Of a stretch of 63,541 nt of DNA, positions 1 to 12,436 are shown piece by piece. The stretch comes from an uncultured Methylotenera sp. GTDB taxonomy: Bacteria > Pseudomonadota > Gammaproteobacteria > Burkholderiales > Methylophilaceae. Made by a program: the position numbers and the translations under genes. The stretch is from the NCBI GenBank assembly GCA_902168195.1, contig CABHOJ010000062.1:1-63541 (forward strand). Direction: 5' to 3'. The notes under the pieces are model-generated. The model was not told the origin of the DNA. It was given only the letters and a program-made list of their open reading frames with translations, and did not search any database. Every line of letters begins with the position of its first letter. Position 1 is the first letter of the stretch.

Positions 1-158
1 TGTTTGCGCTTGGGGTTGATGGCATACAAGCGGCCCTTGTAGCCGCCTTCAAGCATGTTATGGAACACGATCTGGCCGATGGCGTCCGGCGTGTCGCTTG
101 CGCCGAACACGGCCACGGATCGGGGGGAGAACAGGGGTGTGAGGTAATGGGTGTCCAT
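1..158 (-). CDS. 5' end of a CoA-binding-domain protein (ADP-forming acetate--CoA ligase / Pat-type acetyltransferase family); runs off the left edge
   Basis: My own reverse-strand translation from the ATG at 158 gives MDTHYLTPLFSPRSVAVFGASDTPDAIGQIVFHNMLEGGYKGRLYAINPKRK. This is the typical N-terminal CoA-binding signature of the family. It is too short for the ORF track. Confidence 0.5.
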   Translation of the reverse strand, partial: MDTHYLTPLFSPRSVAVFGASDTPDAIGQIVFHNMLEGGYKGRLYAINPKRK

Positions 159-224
159 GGTCGATACGCTAATTTCGTCTATCTTTCTTTATCTAGCGCA
201 TACCGCTTCAGCGAAGCCTCGCGC

Positions 225-1601
225 CTAGTGGCCCTCATGCCCCTGGGGTTTGCGTACCTTGAGCTCGATCGCCTTGTCTGGGCTCTCGGCCGCGGGAGGC
301 TTGCGTTCGGCCGGCGGCACCTCGCCCTGCAATTCGTAGGCCACCGTGCCTTTGGGAAACTGGTAAGGACCGGGATCCTTGTAATCCTGCCGGCCGAGCT
401 GTTCTCGGATCTTCACCGTGGTGAACATGCCGCCCATCTCGATGGGGCCGAACTGCCCCTGCCCCGTCATCATCGGCAGCGTGTTCTCCGGCAAGGGCAT
501 GACCATCTCGCCCATATCGGCCATGCCGGCCTCACCCATCTGCATGTAATCGGGTACCAGCGAGGTGATCTTCTTCACCACATCGCGCTGGTCGACACCG
601 ATCATGGTCGGCACATCGTGGCCCATGGCGTTCATGGTGTGATGGCTCTTGTGGCAATGCAAGGCCCAATCGCCCGGCTCGCTGGCGATGAATTCGATGG
701 CCCGCATTTGGCCCACGGCGATATCGGTCGTGACTTCCGGCCAGCGCGACGCGGGCGGCGTCCAGCCACCATCGGTGCCGGTGACGACGAATTCATGGCC
801 ATGCAGGTGGATGGGGTGGTTGGTCATGGTGAGGTTGCCGACGCGGATGCGCACACGATCGTTCTTGCGGGCCACCAACGGCGCGATGCCCGGGAAGACC
901 CGGCTGTTGAAGGTCCAGAGATTGAAATCCAGCATGGTACTGATGCGCGGGGTATAGCTGCCGGGGTCGATGTCATAGGCATTGAGGATGAAGACGTAAT
1001 CCCGGTCCACCGCCATGGATTTTGGGTTCTTCGGGTGCGTGACCCAGAAGCCCATCATGCCCATCGCCATCTGCGTCATCTCGTCCGCATGCGGGTGGTA
1101 CATGAACGTGCCCGGGCGCTTGGCCTCGAATTCATAGACGTAGGTCTTGCCCGGCTGGATCTGCGGTTGCGTCAGGCCGCCGACACCGTCCATGCCGTTG
1201 GGCAGGCGCTGGCCGTGCCAGTGGATGGTGGTGTGTTCCGGCAAGCGGTTGGTGACGAAGATGCGGACCTTGTCGCCTTCGACCACTTCGATGGTGGGGC
1301 CGGGGCTTTGCCCGTTATAGCCCCAGAGGTGGGCTTTCATGCCCGGCGCCATCTCCCGGACGACGGGTTCCGCAACCAGGTGGAACTCCTTGACGCCGTT
1401 CTTCATCCGCCACGGCAGGCTCCAGCCGTTGAGCGTCACTACTGGATTATAGGGACGCCCAGTCTCCGGCATCAGCGGCGGCTGGGTATCCGGCCCGTTC
1501 ATGGTCACCAATTCCGGCAGGGCCGCTAGACTGACCGAGCTGACTGCGGAAGTCGCGATCGCCGCGCCCGCCCCCAGGATGAAATCTCTTCTCGTCACCA
1601 T
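225..1601 (-). CDS. Periplasmic multicopper oxidase (CopA/CueO-like, 458 aa) with Tat signal and Met-rich loop
   Basis: Twin-arginine leader MVTRRDFILGAGAAIATSAV. Copper-site motifs HWHG, YHPHADE, HPIHLHGHEF and HCHKSHHTMNAMG. Met-rich stretch MQMGEAGMADMGEMVMPLPENTLPMMTG. Confidence 0.9.
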   Translation of the reverse strand: MVTRRDFILGAGAAIATSAVSSVSLAALPELVTMNGPDTQPPLMPETGRPYNPVVTLNGWSLPWRMKNGVKEFHLVAEPVVREMAPGMKAHLWGYNGQSPGPTIEVVEGDKVRIFVTNRLPEHTTIHWHGQRLPNGMDGVGGLTQPQIQPGKTYVYEFEAKRPGTFMYHPHADEMTQMAMGMMGFWVTHPKNPKSMAVDRDYVFILNAYDIDPGSYTPRISTMLDFNLWTFNSRVFPGIAPLVARKNDRVRIRVGNLTMTNHPIHLHGHEFVVTGTDGGWTPPASRWPEVTTDIAVGQMRAIEFIASEPGDWALHCHKSHHTMNAMGHDVPTMIGVDQRDVVKKITSLVPDYMQMGEAGMADMGEMVMPLPENTLPMMTGQGQFGPIEMGGMFTTVKIREQLGRQDYKDPGPYQFPKGTVAYELQGEVPPAERKPPAAESPDKAIELKVRKPQGHEGH

Positions 1602-1632
1602 CGCGTCTGCCTATGCTCCCATCCTTGAATAA

Positions 1633-3060
1633 TCATCGTTCAGCCGACGCCTCGCGCATGCCTATGGTATCGATCTCCGCGAAGGTCGGCTTGCCGATCA
1701 GGGACATCTCCATATCACTCTGTGCCAGCCAGAAATCCCGCAACGATTCGATGTAGCTGTTGACGCTCGCCACTTGCGCGCGAGCCTCAGACAGCAGATC
1801 GAACACGCTCACCAGCATGCCGTTGTAGCGCAGCTGGTTCTCGTCGAGGATGCGCTTGCGGATGGGCACGATCTCGTCGCGGTAATGCCTGGCGATATCG
1901 TAGTTGGAACGGTAACGGAAATAACTCTCGCGCACTTCCGACCGTGCATCGACCGCGGTCGCCGCCAGTTCGTTGACCGACTGCATGTAGATCGCTTCGG
2001 CCCTCGCTACCCGCGAACTGCCCCAGTCGAACAACGGGACCTCAAAGGCGATCTCGAAGCCCTTCTTGTAAGGCTCCGACCTGCGTCCCTCGAGGACTCT
2101 TGCAGGCCCTAGTTCGAGCACGTCGATGAAACGGGTCACCTTGGTCAGGCCCAATTGTTTGGAGAGCGCGTCGGTGCGGGTCTTCATCGCCTGCAGGTCG
2201 AGCCGCTGCTCCATCGCGGTCTTCTCGATATCCGGCAAGTCATCAGGGGCCTTGGGCAAGTCGGGCAGTCGCTCCGGCAACTGGTAGCGGGTGTCGTCTC
2301 CCCACACGCCCAGCAGGCGGTTGAGACGCTCATGGGCGATGGTCCTGGCTTGTAGCGCACGTGCCTGACCCAAGGCCGCATCGGCATAGAAACCCTGTTC
2401 GCGCGCGCGATCGAGCTGGCTGAAGTTGCCGGCTTGCGCCATCTTGCCCGCGAGTTGGGCGCTGGCTTCTGCCGCGGTGCTCACCTGCTGCATGTAGCGT
2501 ACGGTCTCGTCCGCTGCCACAGCCGTGAAGTAGGCCTTGCGCGTCTCGCTGGCCAGGCGCATGACCTCCAGTGATACCTGCTTTTGCGTCTCCGCGAAGC
2601 GGCGTTTCTCGATCTCCACCGCACGCGGCATGGTCAACAGCGAAAAGACATTGAACGTGAAGGACTGCTCGATCTTGTAGTCGCCGTTGTTCCGCGCATA
2701 CAGCATCGCGAAACGCGGGTTGGGCAGGCGGCCAGCCTGCACGAGATCGGCTTCCGAGATGCCCAGTTCGTAGAACTCGGCCTGCAGCGATCGGTTGTTG
2801 AGCAAGGCGACCTGGACCGCGTCATCGACGCTCAATGGCTTTTGCAGCAGGGTTCTCACCTGTTCGCCGATGGTATCCTGGTCTTGCGCGGTCTTCGCCC
2901 ACCGCACGTCCTTGCCGAGCTTGTCACGGGTGCTGCTCTGCACCGCTTCAAAGCCGCCATCCTTGGAAAAGGTGCTGCATCCGGCCAGTAGCCATGCCGC
3001 TAGCACCATGACGAAAGTGCGGGTCAGAGGCTTGCTGTGATGCATGACGGCAAGATGCAT
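1633..3060 (-). CDS. TolC-family outer-membrane efflux lipoprotein (CusC/OprM-like)
   Basis: 475 aa with lipobox LLAGCSTF. Two-repeat coiled OMF-type sequence (LLNNRSLQA..., LRDFWLAQSD). Sits 31 nt upstream of the oxidase on the same strand. Confidence 0.8.
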   Translation of the reverse strand: MHLAVMHHSKPLTRTFVMVLAAWLLAGCSTFSKDGGFEAVQSSTRDKLGKDVRWAKTAQDQDTIGEQVRTLLQKPLSVDDAVQVALLNNRSLQAEFYELGISEADLVQAGRLPNPRFAMLYARNNGDYKIEQSFTFNVFSLLTMPRAVEIEKRRFAETQKQVSLEVMRLASETRKAYFTAVAADETVRYMQQVSTAAEASAQLAGKMAQAGNFSQLDRAREQGFYADAALGQARALQARTIAHERLNRLLGVWGDDTRYQLPERLPDLPKAPDDLPDIEKTAMEQRLDLQAMKTRTDALSKQLGLTKVTRFIDVLELGPARVLEGRRSEPYKKGFEIAFEVPLFDWGSSRVARAEAIYMQSVNELAATAVDARSEVRESYFRYRSNYDIARHYRDEIVPIRKRILDENQLRYNGMLVSVFDLLSEARAQVASVNSYIESLRDFWLAQSDMEMSLIGKPTFAEIDTIGMREASAER

Positions 3061-3072
3061 GGTTCGCTTATC

Positions 3073-3429
3073 CTAATGGTGATGCTGATGCTGGGCATCG
3101 TCGTTCGCCGGTGCACCTGCCGCACCAGGCTTGCTTTGCGCGGGCGGGGTGTCGACAGACTTGGGGGTTGCCCGATGCTTGGCCATATCATGCCCTTCGT
3201 GCCCGCCATGCCCAGTGTGTTTAACTTTCTCAGGGCTGCTTCCAGTCGCTTTCGCTGCAGGCGTTGCAGCATCCATCATACGGTACTGCTGGAACACTGG
3301 CTCATACTGGGCTTTCGTGTCCGTAGCATCCGCAGCCCAGGGTGGCATGCGCTCCGCATGCGCAAGCAACGGGAAGATCATGACCGCCAGCAACATGCCT
3401 AGCACGCCGATTCTTGGGCTGTTCTTCAT
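3073..3429 (-). CDS. Small secreted His-rich protein, probable periplasmic metal (Cu) binder
   Basis: Signal peptide MKNSPRIGVLGMLLAVMIFPLLAHA. His clusters HTGHGGHEGHDMAKH and a C-terminal HQHHH. First gene of the copper operon; RBS AAGGAA precedes the ATG. Confidence 0.6.
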   Translation of the reverse strand: MKNSPRIGVLGMLLAVMIFPLLAHAERMPPWAADATDTKAQYEPVFQQYRMMDAATPAAKATGSSPEKVKHTGHGGHEGHDMAKHRATPKSVDTPPAQSKPGAAGAPANDDAQHQHHH

Positions 3430-3462
3430 TGCAACGTTTCCTTGTTCTCATGGCACATCATC

Positions 3463-3493
3463 ATCTTCCACCTTCCCATGATGGTAAGGTCAA
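3463..3493 (-). promoter_or_regulatory. MerR/CueR-type copper-responsive promoter-operator (19-nt spacer)
   Basis: The minus strand reads TTGACCTTACCATCATGGGAAGGTGGAAGAT. That is a -35 TTGACC, a 19-nt spacer and a -10 GAAGAT. The spacer holds the dyad ACCTTAC-N7-GGAAGGT, close to the CueR box of E. coli PcopA. It lies ~35 nt upstream of the His-rich gene. Confidence 0.6.
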
Positions 3494-3561
3494 GCCCTGA
3501 GGGTGCCTATATCAAGGAATCCTTTAGATATGGCTTAGATATAGGTCTCAGCGTGCGCGTA

Positions 3562-4224
3562 TCAGGCCTCTACTGCTTTGCGGAAGGTCAAATTGAAGCG
3601 ATATTCCCCGGTCGTAGCATGCATGCCAGCCTTGAGCGGCAGGATGCCGTGATAGCGCAATCGGTCCTCGCCGCCCCAGACGACGATATCGCCATGTTGC
3701 AAGAGGACGCGCTGCGTCTTGTCGGAGCGCTTCAAGCCCCCGAACAGGAAGATCGCCGGCAACCCCAATGACACGGAAACGATGGGCTGCCGCATATCCT
3801 CTTCATCCTTGTCCTGATGCAGCCCCATCTTGGCGCCCTGTGCGTAGCGGTTGATGAGGCAGGCATCCGGCACAAAGTCGCTGAAACCTGCGGCCTGCGC
3901 CGCATCATGGGCCAGCGTCAGGAACGAAGTCGGCATGGCGGGCCAGGGCCGGTCGGTCAGCGGATCCTCTGTCGCGTAGCGATAACCCTTGCGGTCCGAC
4001 ACCCAGCCGTAGCAACCGCAGTTGGTCATGGCGACCGACATCTCGTAGCCACCGGGGGTTTGCATGTGTCGCCAAGGCGATATCGCAGCCATCGCTTCGA
4101 TGCAGTCGAGCATAGACTGCGGATCGGTCACGAATGCCCTGAGCACCAGCGCATCCTCGCCTAGGCGTTCCGGCGCATGGCTAACGGGTACGGCAGGTTG
4201 CGGGAAAAGATCGTACGTCACCAT
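3562..4224 (-). CDS. alkB: Alpha-ketoglutarate/Fe(II)-dependent DNA dealkylating dioxygenase AlkB
   Basis: 220 aa with motifs LHQDKDE, RLRYHGILP and RFNLTFRK. Confidence 0.9.
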   Translation of the reverse strand: MVTYDLFPQPAVPVSHAPERLGEDALVLRAFVTDPQSMLDCIEAMAAISPWRHMQTPGGYEMSVAMTNCGCYGWVSDRKGYRYATEDPLTDRPWPAMPTSFLTLAHDAAQAAGFSDFVPDACLINRYAQGAKMGLHQDKDEEDMRQPIVSVSLGLPAIFLFGGLKRSDKTQRVLLQHGDIVVWGGEDRLRYHGILPLKAGMHATTGEYRFNLTFRKAVEA

Positions 4225-4330
4225 GCGTTCAGGTCTTTATTGGTTGATCCACAGAATATCACCCACCACTTTGTTATGATGACAGTCATCCCCGCCACCT
4301 GTTCAATCCCATCCCGTATCGGAGCCTCAC

Positions 4331-4657
4331 ATGATCGCATGGCCAGTCATCCTGCAGTACGCCGGCCAGCCCGAACTCGAGTATGTCGCCGATGCCCCAG
4401 CATGGCAGCAAATGGCGGACGACCACCACATGCATTTCCATCGCGGCGATCGCGTCATCGACAGTGAAGGCAACCTTTACCGCCCGATCGAGCATAGCGA
4501 CCATATCGAACTGCAAGCCCTGGGTAGCCGTATCAGCCTCAACGAAACCGTCTCGCTGATCCAGAATCACCAAGCGGCCACCGGGCAATGTTGTGTCGCC
4601 AAGCTCTCCGCGGCCAGCATCGCTGAATGCGTCCTGCTGTTGAAAGACGCGGACTGA
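4331..4657 (+). CDS. Hypothetical protein (108 aa)
   Basis: ORF with GGAG 6 nt upstream of the ATG. It sits between alkB and katE. I recognise no family. Confidence 0.5.
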   Translation: MIAWPVILQYAGQPELEYVADAPAWQQMADDHHMHFHRGDRVIDSEGNLYRPIEHSDHIELQALGSRISLNETVSLIQNHQAATGQCCVAKLSAASIAECVLLLKDAD

Positions 4658-4793
4658 CGCCGTGTTCGTGTAGCGATTAACCGCGCCACGCCCTCTCAAT
4701 TGCTCCTACAACACTAAAGGTCCTCCGCCTACAAAGCTGTCAGGACATCCCGCCTACCATGGCCGATTCCCCTATACGGCGCAGGAGTCGAGC

Positions 4794-6932
<2,139 letters not shown>

Positions 6933-6950
6933 TACAGCCGGGCGACAGTC

Positions 6951-7343
6951 CTAGGCCGGATCGAATCGCAGCGATGCCGAATTGATGCAGTAACGTAGAC
7001 CGGTCGGTGGTGGACCGTCGTTGAAGACATGGCCGAGGTGGGCGTCACAGACGTTGCAGACCACTTCGGTACGCGCCATGCCGTAGGAAGTATCGTGCTC
7101 TTCGCGCACATTGGCCGGATCGATCGGCTTGAAATAACTGGGCCAGCCACACCCGGCATCGAACTTGGTGTCGGATTCGAATAACGGCGTCCCGCAGCAC
7201 ACGCAGGTATAGATGCCGCGTTCGAAGTGGTAGGCATATTCGCCGGTGCCGGCACGCTCGGTCGCGGCGCGGCGCGTCACGTCGTATTGCATCGGCGTGA
7301 GTTGCTCACGCCATTCGGCGTCACTCTTGTAGACCTTGTTCAT
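6951..7343 (-). CDS. msrB: Peptide-methionine (R)-S-oxide reductase MsrB
   Basis: 130 aa with zinc CxxC pairs ([21 protein letters not shown]) and catalytic RYCINS. Confidence 0.95.
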   Translation of the reverse strand: MNKVYKSDAEWREQLTPMQYDVTRRAATERAGTGEYAYHFERGIYTCVCCGTPLFESDTKFDAGCGWPSYFKPIDPANVREEHDTSYGMARTEVVCNVCDAHLGHVFNDGPPPTGLRYCINSASLRFDPA

Positions 7344-7388
7344 CTCGCTCTCCTCAATCGCACTCTGTGGTGCTGTTATATCTTTGAC

Positions 7389-8033
7389 TCAATAGTCATC
7401 GTCGGTGAATCGTTGCTCCTCGAAAGGAAACGCCTCGTTATGGTAGCCGCGGGTCTCCCAAAAACCCGGCCGGTCGAATTCATGCACCTCGATCGCCTTC
7501 AGCCATTTCGCGCTCTTCCAGGCGTAGCGTTTAGGCACCACCATGCGCACCGGGCCGCCGTGGGCCGTGGTCAGCGGATAGCCCAGGGCGCTGTGGGCGA
7601 TGATCACGTCGTCGTCGAGCAGAGCTTCGAGCGGCAGATTGGTGGTGTACCCGTCATAAGCATGCAACGTGACATAGTGGGCATGCTCCAATGGGCCTGC
7701 CTGCATCAACAGCTCGCGCGCGCTGACGCCATCCCATTGCATGTCGAGTTTGCTCCATCGCGTCACGCAATGAAAATCGGAGACATCGGTGATCTGCGGT
7801 AGCGCCTGAAAATCGTCCCAACCGAGCTGAAGTTCGTTTTCGACCAGGCCGTAGATGCGAAGGGTCCAGTTGCTTTTGTCGATCTCAGGCAGGATGCCGA
7901 GATCGAGAATCGGGAAATTGGTCACGACCTTCTGCCCCGGCGGCACGCGCACATCGGCACTGGGCTTGCTGGGCGGTGCGCCGCGCTTGGCAAGAGCGAT
8001 CTTGGCGGCTATCTGTTTCTTCCAATCCGGCAT
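7389..8033 (-). CDS. Small cytoplasmic sulfite-oxidase-fold molybdopterin oxidoreductase
   Basis: 214 aa with no signal peptide. Mo-ligand Cys context FHCVTRWSK. Other SUOX-fold strings: GGPVRMVVPKRYAWKSAKWL and FWETRGYH. Confidence 0.75.
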   Translation of the reverse strand: MPDWKKQIAAKIALAKRGAPPSKPSADVRVPPGQKVVTNFPILDLGILPEIDKSNWTLRIYGLVENELQLGWDDFQALPQITDVSDFHCVTRWSKLDMQWDGVSARELLMQAGPLEHAHYVTLHAYDGYTTNLPLEALLDDDVIIAHSALGYPLTTAHGGPVRMVVPKRYAWKSAKWLKAIEVHEFDRPGFWETRGYHNEAFPFEEQRFTDDDY

Positions 8034-8123
8034 AAAACTCCTGACGCCTTGATATCTATCTGAGCTAAGACGCTTAACAATATGCGAGCGACATGAAGGG
8101 CAAGCCGCCGGCTCGGGCAGTGT

Positions 8124-8594
8124 TCAGGCCCTGGCAGGTTTCTTGAAACTGTCGATCAGCAACAGGACCACACCAACACTGATCGCCGAATCCGCGACAT
8201 TGAAAGCCGGCCAGTAATATTCCCGGTAATGGAAGAACAGGAAATCCACCACATAGCCCAGGGTCAGCCGGTCATACAGGTTGCCCAGCGCTCCACCTAA
8301 CACTAAGGCTAGCGCGAAACAGAAAAGTTTCTGGGTCGGATGCTTGCGCAGCATATAGACGATGACGATGGAAGCGATCACTGCGATGGTGCTGAAGAAG
8401 ACACGCTGCCAGCCGCCGGCACCGGCGAGGAAACTGAACGCGGCACCTTCGTTGTGGTAGCGCACCAGGTCGAAGAACGAGCTGACCGCCAGATGCTCGC
8501 CGTATTCGAACGACTTCAACACCAGTTGCTTGGTGTAGAGGTCGAGCGCAAGCACCACGGCGCTCAAGCCCAGCCATTTGGAAAGATGCAGCAT
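8124..8594 (-). CDS. lspA: Lipoprotein signal peptidase II
   Basis: 156 aa, four TM segments, motifs NEGAAFSFL and FNVADSAISVG. Conserved position downstream of ileS. Confidence 0.95.
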   Translation of the reverse strand: MLHLSKWLGLSAVVLALDLYTKQLVLKSFEYGEHLAVSSFFDLVRYHNEGAAFSFLAGAGGWQRVFFSTIAVIASIVIVYMLRKHPTQKLFCFALALVLGGALGNLYDRLTLGYVVDFLFFHYREYYWPAFNVADSAISVGVVLLLIDSFKKPARA

Positions 8595-8607
8595 CGCGTC
8601 TCCCTGC

Positions 8608-11499
8608 CTAGGCGAACTGGCGCGGCTCGCCGCGACCGAACAGGTTGCTCACGCAACGGCCGCAGATGTGCGGGTGTGCAGCATCGGTACCGACGTCGGC
8701 GCGATAATGCCAGCAGCGGTCGCATTTAGAATATTTGGACGGTGCTGTTTCAATTCTCAACGAAGCGGATTCTAATATTTGCAATGCCGTTTTCTGACCA
8801 TCTGTCAGATCAGATAATTCAGACTTTTCGCTTATCCAAGATTTCAGGTCATGCACTTCTGCACGAGATGTAATCATGACAAAGCGTAAATCATTACCAG
8901 CACGTTTTAATGCATTCTGATAATCATCATCAGCATAAATATCCAATTCCGCCTGTAATGAAGAACCTACCAATCCCTTCGCTCTATCGTCTTCTATGGC
9001 TTTCTGTGCAAACTTTCTAACCTCGATTATTTTTTTCCAATCAGTTAATTCCAAATCCGTTAAACCGTGCGCAGGTAATGAGTACCAGGTATCTTCGAAC
9101 ACGGTTTTGTCGGCATCGATACCCAGCGTCTGCCAGATCTCGTCTGCCGTGAAGCTGAGGATAGGCGCCATCAGGCGCATCAGCGCATGGGTGATGTGAT
9201 GCAGGGCGCTCTGCGCGGCGCGGCGCGGATGCGAGGTCTCGCCGGTGGTATAGAGGCGGTCTTTCAGGATGTCGAGGTAGAAACCGCCGAGGTCTTCCGA
9301 GCAGAAACCGACGAACTTCTGTACCGCCAGATGGAACTCATAGCGGTTGTAGTCGGCGAGGATGTTGTCCTGCAGGTCCTGCGTCAATTTCAAGGCGTAG
9401 CGGTCGATCTCCAGCCACTGGTCGGGCGGCAGCAGGTCCTTGGCAGCGTCGAAATCGGCCAGGTTGGCGAGCAGGAAGCGCAAGGTATTGCGGATGCGGC
9501 GATAGCCTTCCGCCACGCGCTTGAGGATCTCGTCGGAGATCGTCAGTTCGCCGGAATAATCGGTGGAAGCCACCCACAGGCGCAGGATGTCTGCGCCGTA
9601 GGTGTCCATCACTTTCTGCGGCGCGACCACATTGCCCTTGGATTTGCTCATCTTGTGGCCGGCACCGTCCACCACGAAGCCGTGAGTGAGCAGCGCCTCG
9701 TAAGGCGCTCGGCCGTCGATGGCGCAACCCGTCAGCAAGGACGACTGGAACCAGCCGCGGTGCTGGTCGGAGCCTTCCAGGTAGAGGTCCGCAGGATGCT
9801 TGAGGTCTGCGCGGCGTTTGAGCACGGCCGCATGCGTGGCCCCTGAATCGAACCAGACATCGAGCGTATCGGTGATTTTCTTGTACTGCTCGGCCTGTTC
9901 GGGGGCATGCTGCTGCAGGAACGCGTCGCCATCGAGCGAGAACCAGGCTTCGATGCCCTGCTGCTCGACCTGTTTCGCCACGGTCTCCAGCAATACCAGC
10001 GTCTTCGGATGCGGCTCACCGGTCTCCTTGTGCACGAACAGCGGCATCGGCACGCCCCAGTTACGCTGGCGCGACACGCACCAGTCCGGACGATTCTTGA
10101 TCATGGCTTCCAGCCGTGCACGTCCCCAGCTCGGGAAGAACTGGGTATCGTCGACCGCCTTGTTGGCATGTTCACGCAGGCTGGTGCCGCTCGCATCCTG
10201 CGAATTCATGCCGATGAACCATTGATGGGTCGCCAACTGCATGAGCGGCGTCTTGTGGCGCCAGCAATGCGGGAAGCTATGCTGCAGGCGCGCGCTGGCG
10301 AGCAGCGTGCCGTTCTCCTGCATCACGCCGAGGATGACCTTGTTGGCTTCCTGACGGCTGAGACCGCGGATGCCTTCCAGTTCGACCATGGCACTGCTAA
10401 AGAACTTGCCGTCGCCACCGATCAAGACCCGCGGTTTCTCGTCCGGGTAATTGGCGCGCATCACCAGCCAGTCATCGTTACCGTGGGCGGCAGCGGTATG
10501 CACCAGGCCGGTACCGGCGTCGGTGGTGACATGCTCGCCGGTGATGACCGGCACTTGTCTTTGATCGAACGGGTGTTGCAGCATCAAGCCTTTGAGCGCG
10601 GTGCCTGTGCAAGCACCTAGCACTTTGCTATCCACTTCACCGTAACGCTTGAGTGTGGCTTCGACCAGTTCATGCACCAGCACCAGCAAGCCCTTGCTGG
10701 TCTGCACCAGGTCATAGGTCAATTCAGGATGTACGCTCACCGCTTGATTGGCGGGCAACGTCCATGGCGTCGTGGTCCAGATCACGGCATAGGCATCGCC
10801 CTTGATCTCGGTACCGAACGCTTTGCCCAACGCTGTAGGGTCGACGAACTTGAACCCCACATCGATGGCCGGCGAATTGACATCCTCGTACTCGACTTCC
10901 GCTTCCGCCAGGGCAGAACCGCAGTCCACGCACCAGTGCACCGGCTTGGAGCCCTGGTAGAGATAGCCGTTCTTATAGATGTCGCCGAGCGCGCGCATGA
11001 TGTCGGCCTCGGTCTTGTAGTCCATGGTCAGGTAGGGATGGTCCCAGTCGCCCAGTACGCCAAGGCGGATGAAATCCTTCTTCTGCTTCTCGACCTGTTC
11101 GGCGGCATAGGCGCGACACAACTCGCGGAACCTGGCGGGGTCGATGTCCTTGCCGTGGTTCTTTTCCACCACGAGTTCGATCGGCAGGCCGTGGCAATCC
11201 CAGCCCGGCACGTAAGGGGCATCGTAGCCCTCCAGCGTCTTCGCCTTGACGATGATGTCCTTGAGGATCTTGTTGACGGCGTGACCGATATGGATGTCGC
11301 CGTTGGCATAGGGCGGGCCGTCGTGCAGCACGAACTTGCCTTTAGGTGCGTTCTTCCTTGCCTTGCGGATACGTTCGTAGACCTTGCGTTCCTGCCAGGC
11401 CTGGACCCAGGCAGGCTCGCGTTTGGCGAGATCGCCACGCATGGGGAATGCGGTCTCGGGCAGGTTCAGTTTGTACTTAACGTCTTTTTCGTCGGTCAT
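8608..11499 (-). CDS. ileS: Isoleucine--tRNA ligase (type 1, with C-terminal zinc finger)
   Basis: HIGH motif ([10 protein letters not shown]), KMSKS motif ([10 protein letters not shown]), and C-terminal CDRCWHY...CGRC. I trimmed the start to [20 protein letters not shown] (ATG at 11499) so it does not overlap ribF. Confidence 0.95.
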   Translation of the reverse strand: MTDEKDVKYKLNLPETAFPMRGDLAKREPAWVQAWQERKVYERIRKARKNAPKGKFVLHDGPPYANGDIHIGHAVNKILKDIIVKAKTLEGYDAPYVPGWDCHGLPIELVVEKNHGKDIDPARFRELCRAYAAEQVEKQKKDFIRLGVLGDWDHPYLTMDYKTEADIMRALGDIYKNGYLYQGSKPVHWCVDCGSALAEAEVEYEDVNSPAIDVGFKFVDPTALGKAFGTEIKGDAYAVIWTTTPWTLPANQAVSVHPELTYDLVQTSKGLLVLVHELVEATLKRYGEVDSKVLGACTGTALKGLMLQHPFDQRQVPVITGEHVTTDAGTGLVHTAAAHGNDDWLVMRANYPDEKPRVLIGGDGKFFSSAMVELEGIRGLSRQEANKVILGVMQENGTLLASARLQHSFPHCWRHKTPLMQLATHQWFIGMNSQDASGTSLREHANKAVDDTQFFPSWGRARLEAMIKNRPDWCVSRQRNWGVPMPLFVHKETGEPHPKTLVLLETVAKQVEQQGIEAWFSLDGDAFLQQHAPEQAEQYKKITDTLDVWFDSGATHAAVLKRRADLKHPADLYLEGSDQHRGWFQSSLLTGCAIDGRAPYEALLTHGFVVDGAGHKMSKSKGNVVAPQKVMDTYGADILRLWVASTDYSGELTISDEILKRVAEGYRRIRNTLRFLLANLADFDAAKDLLPPDQWLEIDRYALKLTQDLQDNILADYNRYEFHLAVQKFVGFCSEDLGGFYLDILKDRLYTTGETSHPRRAAQSALHHITHALMRLMAPILSFTADEIWQTLGIDADKTVFEDTWYSLPAHGLTDLELTDWKKIIEVRKFAQKAIEDDRAKGLVGSSLQAELDIYADDDYQNALKRAGNDLRFVMITSRAEVHDLKSWISEKSELSDLTDGQKTALQILESASLRIETAPSKYSKCDRCWHYRADVGTDAAHPHICGRCVSNLFGRGEPRQFA

Positions 11500-11524
11500 C
11501 TTGTCGGAATCTAGGTGAACTCTA

Positions 11525-12436
11525 TCAATGTTTAAAATAATCTCGCGCGGCCAGCTCGTCGGCATGGATCCAGCGCTTTAGCGTCTCCAGGTCAGCGAAT
11601 TTCATCTCATCGCGGATCTTGTGCATGAAATGCACACGCACATGGCGTCCGTAGATATCCTGGTCGAAATCGAAGAGATGGACTTCCAGTTTCGGCCTGT
11701 CGTTGGCTCTGATGGTAGGCCTGACACCGAGGCTGGCGACACCGGGTAAATGCGTATCCGCCAAACCTTCCAATTTTACCGCATACACCCCGAAAAGCGG
11801 CGGCCTGTCGTGCAGCATATGGATGTTGGCAGTGGGGTATCCCAACTGGCGCCCGATCTTGTCGCCGTGCACGACCTTGCCGCTGATACTGTAGGTGCGG
11901 CCGAGCAACTTTGCAGCATGTGCCAGATCACCGTTAGCCAGGGCTTCGCGCACCGCCGTACTGGAGATGCGCTTGCCGTCGAACACCACGTGCGGCAAAT
12001 TGATCAATTCGAAACCGGCTTCGGCGAAATCCATGGCGGAGCCGCCACGACCGGCGCCGAAACGGAAATCCTCACCCACCAGGATCGCTTGCGCTTTCAT
12101 CGCCTCGCGCACGATACGCTGCATGAAATCCTCCGCCGTCACCGCGGCGAAGCGCTTGTTGAACGGGCAGACATAGGCGTACTCGACACCGGCCTCGGCG
12201 AACAACTCCAGCTTCTCGCGCAGGGAGGTCAATCGTGCGGGAGCCTGCATGGGCGTAAAGAACTCGCGCGGATGCGGCTCGAACGTCATGACGGCGGACT
12301 TGAGACCGCGTGCGTGCGCCGTCTCGATCAGGCGCTTGAGCAAGGCCTGGTGGCCGAGATGGATGCCGTCGAAGTTGCCGATCGCCAGCGCGAGCGGGCT
12401 ACCGTCAGCCTGGTGGAAATGCCGGAAGATCTTCAT
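11525..12436 (-). CDS. ribF: Bifunctional riboflavin kinase / FMN adenylyltransferase
   Basis: 303 aa with [11 protein letters not shown] and GYPTANI. Confidence 0.95.
   Translation of the reverse strand: MKIFRHFHQADGSPLALAIGNFDGIHLGHQALLKRLIETAHARGLKSAVMTFEPHPREFFTPMQAPARLTSLREKLELFAEAGVEYAYVCPFNKRFAAVTAEDFMQRIVREAMKAQAILVGEDFRFGAGRGGSAMDFAEAGFELINLPHVVFDGKRISSTAVREALANGDLAHAAKLLGRTYSISGKVVHGDKIGRQLGYPTANIHMLHDRPPLFGVYAVKLEGLADTHLPGVASLGVRPTIRANDRPKLEVHLFDFDQDIYGRHVRVHFMHKIRDEMKFADLETLKRWIHADELAARDYFKH

Noticed and set aside
60-1529. 489-aa ORF on the plus strand, plus many similar long ORFs elsewhere (for example 9907..10620, 10672..11514, 32646..33671, 35218..36426, 37126..37890, 42827..43876, 44096..45019, 55514..56737, 56885..58582).
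   Set aside because: Each is exactly antisense to, or out of frame within, a gene with unmistakable conserved motifs. Their translations are Arg/Ala/Gly/His-rich low-information sequence, typical of stop-codon-poor shadow frames in GC-rich DNA. None has a convincing SD.
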